From NCBI GenBank assembly GCA_964304625.1, contig OZ199840.1, positions 8,705,487 through 8,769,486 on the forward strand: 64,000 nucleotides of DNA, given 5' to 3'. Positions 23,641 through 38,169 of the stretch are shown piece by piece. Every line of letters starts with the position of its first letter. The stretch's first letter is position 1. The notes beneath the pieces are model-generated. The model was not told the DNA's origin. It did no database searches and saw only the letters and a program-made list of their open reading frames with translations. This DNA comes from Kudoa neothunni. Taxonomy: Eukaryota > Animalia > Cnidaria. The translations under genes and the position numbers were made by a program.

Positions 23641-26600
23641 GGCAGTGTCTATTTTTCCAGACGCGCTTTTTCTCTTAAAATAATAATTCATTCGCTACAA
23701 TTTTTTCCTAAAAATATCTTTTATGAATGCAGAATATAAATTTAGTTTCATTTATCTTTTAATTAATAATTAGGTATCAAAATACATCGAGGATATTTTA
23801 AACTCATTCATAAGTATTATTATAAATGACATTAAATTTTTATAAATCTGTATTATTTATATAATTAATCTAATTTTATGTGTTATAACAGCATAAACGA
23901 GTAAAATACCCTCTAGCGTGCGGTTGTAACTTTGATAGTCGCGAGTAGAATCACTATGGAAGGAGAGTCTGATCAAACACTACTAATTCAGGATATTACA
24001 TCTGAACCTATGGTCGAAAATGCATTTACAAACTTTGAAAAGGCTAAAGAATTCATGGATGAGTACTCAAAGCGGAACAACTTTTGTTACTGGATCCGAG
24101 ACTCTAGAAAAATCTCAACTGCCCTAAAAAAATTTGATAGAGACATGAACTCTGATCTTGTTTATTATGAAGCCACTTTTTGTTGTGTTCATGGTGGTAA
24201 AAATGTAATCATCTATATAAACATTGATGTAATTAATTTGAATTCAGATACAATCTAAAAGTGCTGGGAAGAGAAAAATTAACAGCCATAAACGTGGTTG
24301 CAATTTCTTCATTACACTGCGAGTTCCTAAAAACATGAACATGTTAGTTTTTAGAAAATTGGATCATACTCACAGCTGCAACAGAAATGAGCATTTTAGG
24401 GATTTTTTACCAATGAATAGAAAATTAGATGAAAAAAGCAAGAACCTTATAAAAAATGTTCATTTTTATGATGGAAATCTAAAAAAAATGTTTGTCTGAT
24501 ATTTCGGAGGTGTTTAATTCAATAAAAAATTCTCACCCAATTGCAACTATCGAAATATTGCACAATGATTCCAATGAAATGACTGGAATATTTTTCCAAG
24601 ACCTTTACATGAAAAACGCTATTATAAAATTTCCCGAACTAGTATTTATGAATTCCATATATATATATATATATATATATGTATTAATCAATAATCGAAT
24701 GTCATTGTATATGCGCCTGTTTATTTATTTGACTTTGGGCAAAGTTAAACAAGAGCTATTGCTCTTTTATTTGAGGAGCGTACCGTGACTGTTACCTGGT
24801 TATGTCAATCTCTACTTAAACATAATGAGGAAATGTCAACCAAAACAGTTTGTTTCATTACGGATAAAGACATGATTGAAAGAAACTCTATAAGATCTGT
24901 ATTTCCTAACGAAAGTACAAACTTATGCCTGTACCATGTCTTAAGAACATTTGGGAGAGAGATCTCTACATTAAGAATGGGAATAAACAAAGCTGAAGGA
25001 ATAACTGCCTTAGAGTTGATTCAAAAGCTTTATTATATCAATGATCCAAAAATTTATGAAAATTACCATGAATTGTTAAATAAGACATGTAACAAAAAAT
25101 CATTAGTTATTATAATAAATCTTGGGATCCAATCAAACATAAATGGTGCCCGGCATATATGAACCTAAAGGGTACTTTTTAAATAGAACAAATAATCGAT
25201 TAGAATGCATAAATTCCAAAATTAAACAAATCATAAAAAAATTCTCAACAATTGAAGTCTTTTTCAGCGATCTGCTTATTTATTTATCAAGTATGAGGAC
25301 TGAGCGTGAGAGTAAAGCAGTTAGAGAGTGGACAACCCAAACTGTTGAGAAATTAAATTCAGACATTAACGAACAATATAAAACATTGTTGACTTCATAT
25401 GCGTATAATATTATGCAGGATGAAATAAATAATCATATCGAATCCTATGCCAATCCTGATCCCAATAGTTGTACATGTTGTTTCTACGTAAGTATGGAGT
25501 TACCATGTAGGCATATTATTTACGCTAGAAAAATAATGACCAAAAATTTATATGAAGAGAAAATTTGTAATAAGAGATGGCACAAAGAATAATACCTGTC
25601 ATTTATTCAAATGACCAAAAATTTAGATCTTTAAAATCCTTCGTGTTGTGTGCAACCAAGTATTACAGAAATTTCGAGTCAGTGCCCTGTTCCGAATTCT
25701 GCTTTAAAGCGATACAGGGAGCTAGAAATTCGTTGTAAGAAAATAGCTTGGCTAGGGTCTGAAAAAACAGGGAGTCAATATAATTCATTAAAAAAGATTT
25801 TAGGTGAATTAATCTCTCTTATTTCCAATGGGGATTCTCTGGATAAGGTGACTATTTTTTCCACTATTCATATATCAACTTAATTTAGTTCAAGTTGACG
25901 TCTGAATCTGTCAACGAAAACAATCAAGAGATTTCAATCCCAACATGTAATTAGTGATATTGTCTTTAGTAGAATTTTTATTTCGTGTTTAGTTACTGAG
26001 GAATCACGATTAGAGAATGAGGATATACTAGAAGCAGTTAATGATAATGTTCCATCATCAATAATTGATATGGAGATCCCGAATATTGTAGATGATACCA
26101 CAACTAAAAATCCATCTTTGAAGGGTGTGTATCTTTTGTCCATTTTGCTAAATTCATAAAATTATAGGAATTAAGCTGCCAACAGTAGTGAAATTGAGAG
26201 GTAGACCAAAAGGTGTATTTCAAACAGTTATTGGTTTAAGAAAAAAAAGAAAATTATGATTATGGTAATGATGATAGTAGTAATAATAACAACACCAATA
26301 TCGATATATCATATTCAAATATAATTTTATGTGGAAGTTAAACAGTCCCAATTATTTGGCGTTGCAATACAAGATAATTTCAAACATTTATTATTTAAAG
26401 TAGAATACTCAACATTTTATTAAATTTTAGTGGTGTATCAATCAGCTGATAAAAACATTTACCTAATTATAAAAGTTTTAAATACGAATTGGCCAAATAG
26501 TTTTACTTTACTGTATTTTCATTTGGATATTATGGATACAAATTAGTTATGTTAAAATTCGTCACTGAATTAATGAAACTAAATTTATATTCTGCATTTA

Positions 26601-26683
26601 TAAAAGATATTTTTAGGAAAAAATTGTAGTGATTGAATTATTATTTTAAGAGAAAAAGCACGTCCGGCAAAATAGACACAGCC
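23641..26683 (+). mobile_element. Full-length but degenerate Mutator-like element (MULE) with SWIM zinc finger
   Basis: ~110-bp TIRs (23641-23752 and 26572-26683) and perfect 9-bp TSD TTGAATTTA (23632-23640, 26684-26692). ORF pieces include FITDKD..SVFP..LCLYHV, TNNRLECIN and CTCCFYVSMELPCRH. Empty site at ~39310-39318. Confidence 0.92.
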
Positions 26684-27162
26684 TTGAATTTAATATTTTC
26701 TTTCATTTTAATTATAACCTTAAAGAAAACCTAGACAATATTACCAAATATTTTTATAACTACCTTAATCCCCCAAAACTCTCGACTGAGATTAAAGTGT
26801 ATTAATTTAGAAACATAATAATTATTTGAAAATCGATCAATAAAATATAACATTATTTGAGTAAAAGTTAGTACTAACTATACCAACATAACTCTCAGCA
26901 AACGATTGCGTAGAGCCCAGGTTTAATCCGTAATGTTTTTCTATCATGATTAATACGAAATTTCTGTTTCATACTTAATTGTTTGATTTATGGCTAAGTT
27001 AATGTTAATTTATTTATGGGGGTTAGTGTTATGGATTACCTTAAATCAAAATGGCCTAAATCGCTCAAGGGTTGTCATGAGCTTGACAGAAAAAATAATT
27101 TTTTAAGTGAATATAAAGAATATAATTAATCAAAGTAATAATAAATAAAAAAAATGTTGGGT

Positions 27163-30098
27163 CTAATCATTTTTCTTTTTTCCGATGAAGAATGCGATTC
27201 CCCCTATCAAAAGTACCACTCCTGCCACAGTTGATACGATTATTCTATCTATAAATTAAACAACTCAAATAACAAAAATTAATACATCATTTTCATGTTT
27301 GACCTAAAATTAAAATTTCGTTATATTTTTATATACAATAATTTAGTAGTAAAATTACTTTGCACTACTTTTTTCACCTAAAGAAAATAATACAAAAATA
27401 ATTTTTAATTTATTTAATACCTTGATTTATTGCAGCAGTTCCGTAATATGTCGGATCAGACTCCAAGTATACGATTAAGTGATAATTGTTTGATTCTGGC
27501 AAATTATCAATGGTGAAACTTGCACATTTGGGAAATTTGGTGCATTTAGAATTCCGCGCCATGCATGATCTCACAATTAATTGTGATTTTGCACTTGTAT
27601 TTTTTAGTTCCCATTTACATTTTGACTGTTCGTTCACTTTTGTCGAATGGTGAGTTTCCACTGTGAATGTAGTTCCATCTCGTGTTATTGAAACGTCTAA
27701 TACTTTACTAGTGTCTGTTGGATTTTCTTTAGGTTTATCTAATCATTGATTAATATGGATAAATTTGAAATTAAAATTTTTACTTGAAGGGATATCAATT
27801 GTTTGTTGTGTAGATTTTCCTCTAGCAGTCACCAAAACTCTGTATTCATGGTTTGGATCGTAGTCGGTGTTGAATATAATAGATCTGCATGATGGCATAT
27901 TTTGACATATCTTTGAAGTGTTATCATTAGTTTGAGCAAGTATTTTCTGTTGTTGTACCACCTGCTCTAGCTATACTTACTATCTCTGATTTTGATTTAA
28001 TTGCAGAACTTTGAGAAGGTTGTGAAGTCTGTGAGGATGGATCGGGAAGTGTAAGAGTAGGTGGATTAGTTGAGGCAGGGGCAGGGCACACGAATATCGA
28101 CTCATAATCATTACCCTTTTTAATTTTTACATCGTATTCACACAAGGCTGGAGTTTTTGTCGATAATCGTGCATTCAATTCGAATCCTTCCATATTAAAT
28201 CTATGAGTAATTGATAGTGTATCCAACTCTAATGAAATTTGATCTAATAAAAATAAAACAAAATTAACTTACGAGTTTCAACTCCATTATAAATATGTTC
28301 CGCATAATCTTTATGAGCAACTACTTTAATGTCATATTGAACACCAGGTTCTAGACCAATGATTTTTTTAGTATCCTTACAAAAGCCTCTACATGGTTTG
28401 CTGTCTTCGCATGACGCAGGATAAAAACTGTCTTTTCCAGACAAACTTATATGATATTCACATGTTGGTTCTATTGTTTTATCATTGGTTACCGTACCAT
28501 CAACAGCTTTAAGGGATGCATCAGATGCTGTTGTTGTTGGAGTTGTAGCTGAATAAGTCTTCCCACTGCCGTTTTCTTAATAAATATTAATATTGTCTGA
28601 AACATTAAATATATTTACTCGTTCTGTAAAATATTTTTTCCTTAAAGCCACTTGGATCGGCAACTCCTGTTGCAGCTACTTCAATAATATATGCCCTTCC
28701 AGCATCAAGACCTTTTACGACTAACTTGGAGCCGTCTTTTTTGCAATTTTCACCACCACCACCACCACCATCATCACTAGTTATCGTACTACCATCAGCA
28801 CAAGTAGTAGTTGTTGCAGTTGGTTCAATACTGTCAGCAACATAATGAGTGAGAGTAGGGGTTCCGCTGCTCTCTTTTAAAAGTCCTGAGTTAAATGTAA
28901 CACCAACAGCTGTGTAAGCTGATAATAATCCATCTTCTGTTTCAGTGATAGCTAAAAAAAATTTAACGGAATTCACCCTCTTCGTTACACAAATACCGTA
29001 TTTATTTTGAATATAACCGTCATACGTTTTATTAGAATGCATTGATAGCTTGTGATACCTAGTTTGAATTACAACGCTGTAGACCGATTTTGCTGCAGAT
29101 ACGGTCAAAGTGACATTTTTACAGGGAGCATAGCATTCATCTTCACTGTTACCACATTTTGATTCATATGCTTCATTGGCTGCGTTAGTCGCAGCATCTT
29201 TAACACGAAATACACAAATCTCATGTGATGGGCTCTATTAGTAAATTTTAAAGTGATTTTGTTATCTTCAGTATTTTTAGAAACATAAAATTGTGGTTTG
29301 TAAATTTCAATGGTGCTTTTCATGTACTCATTAGGCATGTTATAAAAAAAACTTGGATATTTTTGGCATCTCACTTCATAATGTGGAATAAGGATATCAT
29401 AATCAACTGTATTAGCTTGATTTTCAGTGTCACAGTTATCAGCTTGCGTTCCATCGTTGTATTTCATATCTTTATAGTGGATTGGACAGACCACTGGTGT
29501 GCACGTTTTTGCACCCAATTTGAGCTTTTTTGAATTGTCAGTAGAAATAGAAATTTGTGGGTCAATAATTAATGCTAAATTTAAATCGATTATTAATAAA
29601 ATTTAAAATCACAGTTACGTATTGCTAAACCAAACACCTTGCCACCCTTCGTTTGAGATTGTGTATTAACGGCCTCTGCGTTAGCTCCAGCAAAAATGTA
29701 AATATATTGGGTTCTGGGAGACAACGTATTAAAAGCTATAATTATATCTTCTCCAGCGCAAGTCCTGACGCACATATCGTTAGATTTCTCCGTGACGACA
29801 TTCGGACAGGGGTTGATTTCGGTAAATGTAACAGCGTTAACGTCTCTATTGGACTTTCTGATGCGACACGTTTTACCATTTGTAGTATAAGTGCTTCCAG
29901 TTAAAATTAGTTGAACCTTTAATTGATTTGCACCAGTGTCTTTCACAATTTGATATTTCACAGTTTCACGTGGCGCTGAAGGAACTTGAGCTATCTCCTC
30001 GCAAAATTTTTTTTTGATGAGAACTATAAAATATTTCATAAATTAAAAGCCACACAAATATTACAAAATATGTAAAGTATGTTAAAAATTATTTTCAT
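27163..30098 (-). CDS. Family copy 3; two apparent frameshifts
   Basis: Exon 1 at 30065-30098 (MKIIFNILYIF|FLIKKKFC); TM exon ends IGKKKND*. Indels at ~29231-29237 and 27938-27939 relative to paralogues. Confidence 0.75.
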
Positions 30099-31049
30099 TT
30101 TGTATGTTATAACAAGATGAGAGTATTATTAAAGCCAAAAATATCGGCTGAATAGGATGAATATGGGTTTCGCTAGTCAATGAATTCTTTCTAATGTATT
30201 ATTTAATTTTTGTTAATCACCAATTGAATATAAGTCAGGATCTGATTATTTAACAATAAAATAGTCATTAATTTTACTTTTAGGTCATATAAGTAATTCA
30301 AAATAAATAATTTAAATAGTCCATTAGTTATTATTTTTAGAAGGAAATATCCTTTTTAAACCAATAAATTGTTAACTCTATAACGATGCAAATCCCCTAC
30401 ACACCATGATTTTTGGGGATGTAATGTCCCTCGAAATTTTAATGGATATTTTAATTCAGAAGATTTTTACAAATAAACCGGTTCAAACCCAAAATGTTTT
30501 ATTGATCATTTCATTATTAGAATAAAACGCTAATGTTTTTATTTAAAATTTCACTAATCTAAGAAAGTATCTTGATAATCCCCTATATATTAAAGTAGTT
30601 AAATTAAATTTTACATATGTTATCCAAAAATGGTGTTCAACTTAGATAAATACACATTTACAGTGATAGTATAAATTTTAAGATTTACAACATTTTTTAA
30701 TGATCTCTTCACAAAAATAAAAACGTTTGCAATTTTTACATATGAGATAATATTTTTAACGTCTTTTCGAAGGTAAAATTGACATCGTTTTAGATAATTT
30801 GTTTAATGATTTAACTCATTATTTTTATCAAAATATAGGTCGTACTGAGAAGTTTGTTGAATTCCAATGTCAAAACCTATAATGATTTATACAGATCCAA
30901 AGAAAATTCTTTCAACAAAAATATGCAGAACCATAATTTTATCGTTGAAAACATTTTTGTAAATAGAAAAGAAATTAACCAATGAAAGGTTTACCTGTTA
31001 TAAAAACGATCATGATTTACCTACTACTAAATTTTCTAACAGAAACTAA

Positions 31050-31800
31050 TGCTAGCATACGATTCATCGGTGCCAACAGAATATTTTGTTTGGTTGACAT
31101 AATCACTATGAGCTTAGTATGATCCCTTTCGTCCGTTACATTAATAATGGTTGTGTTGGCTGATAAAAAGGTGTAATACTGCAGTTTTAATCAATTTATA
31201 GTGTCGAAATGCTTTTCTTAACTTAAAACATTTAACAATTTATAGGTTATATCGTGACTTAAAAACACGTTGTGGTAGTTGCCTTTATTTATGGCAGGTG
31301 ATGCCCAAAGAAGTAAACTTTTCCTGGGATTTTTTATGCGATTTTAAACGCTAAAATGAATTCGTCTATAAAGATAACGCTTTCTTAGTAATATAATAAG
31401 AATGAAGTTTAATTTAAATATTTGTGTACGCCTCAATTTGTTAAACCATTTCATCATATCTTAAGATATGGCGAAATATTCAGTAACTACATCATGAACA
31501 GATGAATGATCATAACAACCTTTAAACAATATTATGCTGGAATTAAGAGCATGCGATATGTACAGGGGCATCTTACTCTAAATGATACCAACCACTCATT
31601 AACGGTAACGTCTGGATTACGAGAAAAACACCTAAGTAGTTTGCATCTAACAATTGACCACCAAACAGTGAGAAATATCTCAAACTAAATTCCAGCTTGT
31701 CTTTGTTTTAGAGTATCAATATCATCAAAAAACAAGTTTATAGCTAAACTTTTACATCCTTGAAATGAACAAGCTATCGACAGATTACACTCAAACCAGT
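31050..31800 (-). mobile_element. Old, heavily degraded piggyBac-like transposase remnant
   Basis: Minus-strand translation at ~31563-31616, PDVTVNEWLVSFRVRCPC, matches the piggyBac TVDE.L..FRGRCP motif; an LFFDD motif lies upstream. Confidence 0.5.
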
Positions 31801-32189
31801 TTGATTAAAGATTTAAATAGATACCCCTCGTCACTGTTATATATATATAGCTATCAAGGTAAGAAACCCCGGATCATCGTTTTCCTTGACTTTTTCAACA
31901 TGCCACCAAATTTTATTCAATGACCTTTTAGAAAAATGTAGTATCTTATGTGATGATGATATATTTTCTTTATTTAAAATATAAAGGAAAATTAAAATAG
32001 TTTTTGTGATGTAAACAGTACGTTGTCTGCCTAGATGACCAATGGTGATACTTTCGGTCAAGGAATTCGATGTAGAAACATTATTCAAACTCCAAACCTT
32101 TTCTTACTCCTGAATGATTCGTTAGTCAAAAGATAAACTTAATTTTGATCATCCAAATTTGTCTATTAAAAATAAATTATTATCTAATT

Positions 32190-34878
32190 CAATGTTTCCC
32201 AACATTTGAGGGGGAATTTTTTATTGGGCGTCGAAATTTTGGATCGTTTTATGAACGCTTCTTGTGGGACCTAAAAAATTCTGAGAAGTTGTGTGAGATG
32301 GATAATGGTGAAATAATTGAGCAATGCAGGGCAATTTGGGAACAATACCTAGATTTTCGATCTCGTTTATTTTTGAGTGACCACTAATATCAAAAAATAA
32401 TACCAAAATCTGGGATTTATTATATGCAAATATATAATAAACTTGAACTCGGTCTTTATCCAAATAGAATCGTTATGGTTTTAATCTCATTTTTGTCTCA
32501 TTTATACCAGTGATCTCTCCTTTTTTTGATTTAAACAAACATAATACAGTCGAGATTGGACATTGATAGGGATTTTTGCTGGTCCCAAAAACCCACGTAA
32601 TAAAAAGTTTTTACGCAATATCCAGTTTCAAACGTGCGCGTCACACTGTAAAATACGATTTTCATGTGCTAACGTTTATTGATTATTCCAACCAACAAAC
32701 TTTGTTTAAAAAAAGATAACATAGAGTTCATTTAAGGAAGAGTTATTAAATTTTGTCAAAAAATCTTGTGATTTTTGTTTGTCGAAATCTTTCTATTGAT
32801 ATTTTTCAAATTCTGTCCATCATGGAATATAAATCAAACAATATAGTTGGATCCTCTTGAATTAAAACTTTCATTAAAACTTTCATTAAAATTTTAACTA
32901 TATTTTTTATTTATTTGATTAAATTTTTGACTTCTTTAATAATTGGTTCGATATCATCAGATTAACTATTGTGAGCAATAAAGTCAGCATGATTTTGATT
33001 CTCACATATTGCAGCATTATCATCGTCAAATATATTTTCGTAAACTTCGGATTCATTTAAAAAGATTATGTATACATAAAATATTGCTTCGTGAACTGTT
33101 TCTGACTTGGGATATCTTTCTTAAATCTTCTAGTTCTATAAACTGATATAACTTTTTTATTACAGTTTTGTATATTACTACCAAGCATGTTTGATTTTTA
33201 AAACAATTAAATATTATTTCTGGCGTAATACACTCCCAAAATTTAATTAACAGCATGATTGAGTTTAGTAATGTTTATTTTTTGATGATAAAAGTGTTAC
33301 ATAAAACCGTGTGCTTGAATATTGTATTCCTATCCTACTTTCAATGCATTTGATGATGCCTAAATTATGGTTTTTAGAATATTAGTTGTTTTTATTGGTA
33401 GGAAAAAATTTCGATACTTTAAAAAAATCAATATTTTTGAATGAAGAGGATACTGATCCAACAAAAATAAAACTTTTCTATTCTCATCTATCATTTTTTG
33501 GTTCAACTTTCTAATTATGTTTACAAATATACTACACATCATTCATGTGTTTATTTGAATAATATTTACGTTGTTAATGTTTAACTCGGTTGAAACGTCT
33601 AGGATTCTGAAATTTACCAGTAAAAACGGATGGAAGTTCATCTCTATTTAAAAAAGAGTGATAGTGAAACATTCACTCTTTTTTGGATATTTTTCGCCTC
33701 ATATTCTGACTTTCTTCTTTAAAACATAACTTATTTTTTGTAACTTCTCCTAAAAGGAGAGCGGTTTCATAAGTGTTTATAACGACTTTAGGACTATATG
33801 TCTTAACCAAATTAATGTTTTTAACCGTCCATGAGACAAGCGATGAAATATCTGTATTCGCAGCCTCATGATGAAACATTTTGAAAGCTACTCCATATTT
33901 TGACGTGGATTCTAAAAACCACCTTTCATTAGATTTTAAATTGGAAATTTCTTTTTTATTTGCAATATATATAGCAATTTCTATAATAACATATCTCAGC
34001 AGAACATTATCATTCGACCATTATTTAACGATCCAATCATACAGCTCACCATCTATATTTTTAATTTTCCCGGATAATGTGTCTTCCCTTTAGTTTCAAT
34101 ATCCGTATTTCTGAATTTATCTTCGTGTAAACGAATACTATCAATTTTTAAATGATCTTAAACGTGACAATGTATTAATATTCAACATAAATCACCATAT
34201 CATTTAATATAAACCTAGGAACTGTGATTTTTTCGACAACATTCAATATTTTTATCAAATTATAATAATAGATAATTTCTCTTTTCCCTTAACTATTACG
34301 CTTTTAACGAGATATAATGAATAAAACACTTTTATTTTTTAATAGATAATTTACTGAAACCACGTAATAACGAGACTTTTCGTATATATAAAGTTTTTTT
34401 GTTATCTTTTAATGTTAGTAAATGATAAAATAATAACATTACCAAAAAACTAGGTTTCTTTCTAGAAAGAATAACGTCGAAATTTTAAAATTACGCAGTA
34501 TCCAATCTCGATTGTATTGATTAATTTTCTATCTAGACTGTTTCTTTTGAGTGAATCAGACCCATTAAGAAATACATGAATATCTTTCGAAATGTAAGCT
34601 AGATCAGATCGAATTTCTCTTAATTCTTTTATTGACTAGATGGAGAACTAGATGTTAATTTTCATGTTTCACTGATAAATTAAGTTAGATCCGATCAAAT
34701 ACATCTAATTTTAATGAGAAAAGAAGTTTCTAATAATCAATTTTAAATTTTAATATGATGAAGTTTTAATCAAAATTATAAGCAATTTAAATTAAAAAAT
34801 CAACACTTGAAAAATGTGGGGCGCGGAACTTTTTACCAAAAAAAGTGAGGATGATAGAAAAAAGGTTGGGGAATGCCG
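32190..34878. mobile_element. Non-autonomous hAT-type element hosting a pogo/Tigger insertion
   Basis: Ends CAATGTTTCCCAAC / GTTGGGGAATGCCG with perfect 8-bp TSD ATCTAATT (32182-32189, 34879-34886). Confidence 0.7.
32547..34514 (-). mobile_element. Degenerate pogo/Tigger-like transposon
   Basis: TA|CAGTCGAGATTGGA...TCCAATCTCGATTG|TA. DDE_1-like fragments VINTYETALL, RKVLFLLDQYPLH, FLPIKTT, WECITPEIIFNCFK. Confidence 0.8.
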
Positions 34879-37800
34879 ATCTAATTAATTGTGAAATGAT
34901 ACATTTTTTCTGTTATACTCTCAAATGGATAATTACGGTAAGGCTTCGATATAGGGTGGTTTTATGAGGAATGAAATTCACCACGCCATATTAATATTAA
35001 AATTTTTTGACGAAATAGCTATTTATTTTATTTTTTTTGTGTTTAAAAATTTCTTATAATGATTCATAACATGATGTAGGGAGAGCAGGGCTGAAGGCTT
35101 TTCTAATGTTGTCAATTAAGACATAGTTGGTTCATTGAAACTGTTTGTTTTCGAAATCAAAGTCACGGTCTTAATTATGCACATAAATTTTTAAGTTACT
35201 TATGTCATAACTCTTAGATTAATTATCATAGACAGTTTCGGCCTCTTCGATATCAACGAAATCATCTAAAATAATCAAAGCAAACAGGACATCAACTACC
35301 GTCAACAATTACATACTTCTCATAGTTGGAACCAATGAATGATTTATTATTATATATATTAAGTATTTATAATCGAATAAATCACAATTACCGAAAATAG
35401 GAGAATTCTTGAAACAATTTACGATAACAGAGTTACTGACTGTTTCCCAAGCATTTCTTAGAGAATTAAAACATTATATAGTGTATATCGAAGTATTTGT
35501 GGCACCCACGTTGAATAAAATAATTTTAGACGAAATTCATGCATAATTAGCTTATGGTTTATGAATAATACCGCGGTCAATTGGTTGCACGATGCTGGTT
35601 GTAATTTTTGGGAGAAAAATTCATGTGATATTTTTACATGAACTATATATTAGGGTTGAGAAAGGTATTGATCTCGTAGTATATAATCGTTTCCGCGAGT
35701 TTTAATGAATTCACTATTTACGTCTTTTAGTATCGCATAAAAAATGGCTGCAACAATTTAGCCGTTTTATTGAAACTTACCAACAGCATAAAGCAGTAGC
35801 TTTTTGTCGTAAAATGAGGTAGTTACCAAAATGGAATCTCTTTTTTTATGTTTTACAACCCCTCCCTTAGGTTTATCTTTAATGTATATGTACATTGGGG
35901 AAGATTGTCACAAAAAAAGAGTAGACTTATCAGGATTCAAATTAGTTTTATGACTGCAACCACTTATTTGTCCTGAAATTTTTTCAATCCGTTCATCAAC
36001 TGACATAGCGCTAGCTGCCTTTTCATCGAGTTTGCTGTTATTTAAACTCAACCGTTTTTGAATTTATAAAACCACATATTACTAAAATGAAATTTTTATA
36101 TTTGAATCATGTTTTCTCTAGAATTGCCCTTCTGTAATTCTAAATTTTGACACATTTTTTTGCTCGCATGCTTACAGTTCAATTATACAATTCACTCTCA
36201 ATTTGAGTGTATTTTCCATGATAAATTCGCATTCGGTCAATCGAAATGCTTGCACAAACCAACTAACTTTTTTTAATTATATATATATATATATATAAGA
36301 GGAGTGTCTGTGTAACACGGGGAGTACGCAATGGCGGAAAAATCTGTTTCTTTACAGGAACATATGTAGAAATTATTGATCATACAGACATGATCTAACC
36401 GCTGTTTACTTGGAATTAAACCAACTTAATTTGCATCTGCATTATTATTAATTAATATACAGCCCATTTTATGTTTTTATGCGGGCTGCGAATTAGATTA
36501 AAGGCTTTAGTTGTGGATTATCGAGAGAATTACTATGTTTGGAGCCAAAGAAATTATCAGTCTCTCCAGAATTAACATTGAGATTCTTAAGTAACCGATA
36601 TTAAGTCAATGATAAACCTTTAAATCAATTTATCAGATAGAAATTAAGAAATGAAAAAGTGCCTATATGACGTGTGGCTTCGAGTTTTCAACTACCGAGA
36701 ATATATGAAATGTATCAAGTCTCATATGTCATATTTTACTTAATTTTTTTATACAGCTTTTTGTTATATATTTAAAAAGATAATAACGTTTCAAAAATTC
36801 ATCTATTCACTAAAGAGTACTCGAGTAATCAATACTTTCGTCAGAATTAAAGAGTTTGCTGATGAATGACACAAAAAGTAGACTGAAAGTTATCTGCTTA
36901 TGATTAATTTTAATTTATATCAGGATGAAGCTCAACTAAATGAATTCCTGATATTTGAATATACAAAGAAAGTCTGTTAATTTAGGTCTTGAATGTTTTA
37001 AAATTGATAATTATGTCGTTAGGAGCAATTTTACGGCACATGAATCCATTGGCGCGATATTTACAATTTGATGTTGCAAATCACTTAGAATTTGTGGTGT
37101 ATATTGATTTTTTAATATATTTATTCGCTTTCCAAACTATGAAATATAATTTTAGGCGGGAAGGTTATCATTATTTTAGTTAATACATAATTTGAGATTT
37201 CTCGTAGTTGCCATAAAGAAATGATTTGATGTACCTACACGCATTATAACAAGATCTACGATGTGCGTATAGTTTTTAAATAGTTCAACTTTTATGGCAA
37301 ACGTTTAAAAAAAACCCTATTCTACTGAAATTCCAGTAATGTTCCAATTTATTATTTATCATGTTAATTGCATAAATTTGAAATTATATTTATTTTTTAA
37401 ACATGTTTTAGCCATTTTCAAGATTACCAAAATTTTCCTACATTAAGTTTATAAAACCATTGTAATAATTTTCGAAACTTTATTAAATAATTTTTTAAGT
37501 AAAATTTTATCATTCAAACCTCTAATTACTTTCTAACTTCTGACTTGAAAGTTGATAATGAAATAAATATTTGGTCTTTATTAGACCAAAATTGATTCAT
37601 TATTATATGGAAATTGTATAATAATAAGATTCATTCATGTTACCGATAGTTTTATAATCTAGATCAACTATTACCACAAAAAAGGCACTATTTTTTTGTT
37701 AAGCGTTAGCCTGTCAATAAATAAGAAACTAATTGTTTATTCTATCATGCTGACATTATTACAAAGTTTTCATTACTTTGAACACAGTTCAATACAAAAA

Positions 37801-38169
37801 TTATTCTAAAACGATTGAATAATATGTTTATCTTTAATTGAGAGCCTTCCATCGAGAAAATCTATTGACTTTTAATCAATACTGTATGTTTTCAAGCTAA
37901 AAGCACATGCACATCAATAGTTAAATCAATTTTTTATCTACGGTTGATTGGTTTTTTTGAACTAAGTGATGTTTGTCTGAAGGAGAATGTATAGATTGAT
38001 TTAAGAGTTTAAAAATCTTATTAAAAGAGTGAAACCCTAATTTCGCAGTAACAGACGTTCGGTGAAAATTAAATAAGGATCCTTCATAAAATTATCGGAA
38101 AGAAGTAATTTGGGCATTATCCTTATAGATGTCGAAATTTTAATTTTTACCTATTTCGTCCTTTATCTA

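Noticed and set aside
24657-24680. (AT)n and (GA)n microsatellites (also ~11690, 36280, 38810, 43195, 59020)
   Set aside because: Ordinary simple repeats in an AT-rich genome.
34900-38100. Possible further degraded elements or genes
   Set aside because: No motif, TIR pair or spliceable frame that I could support. The same applies to 1-3300 and 48900-51200.
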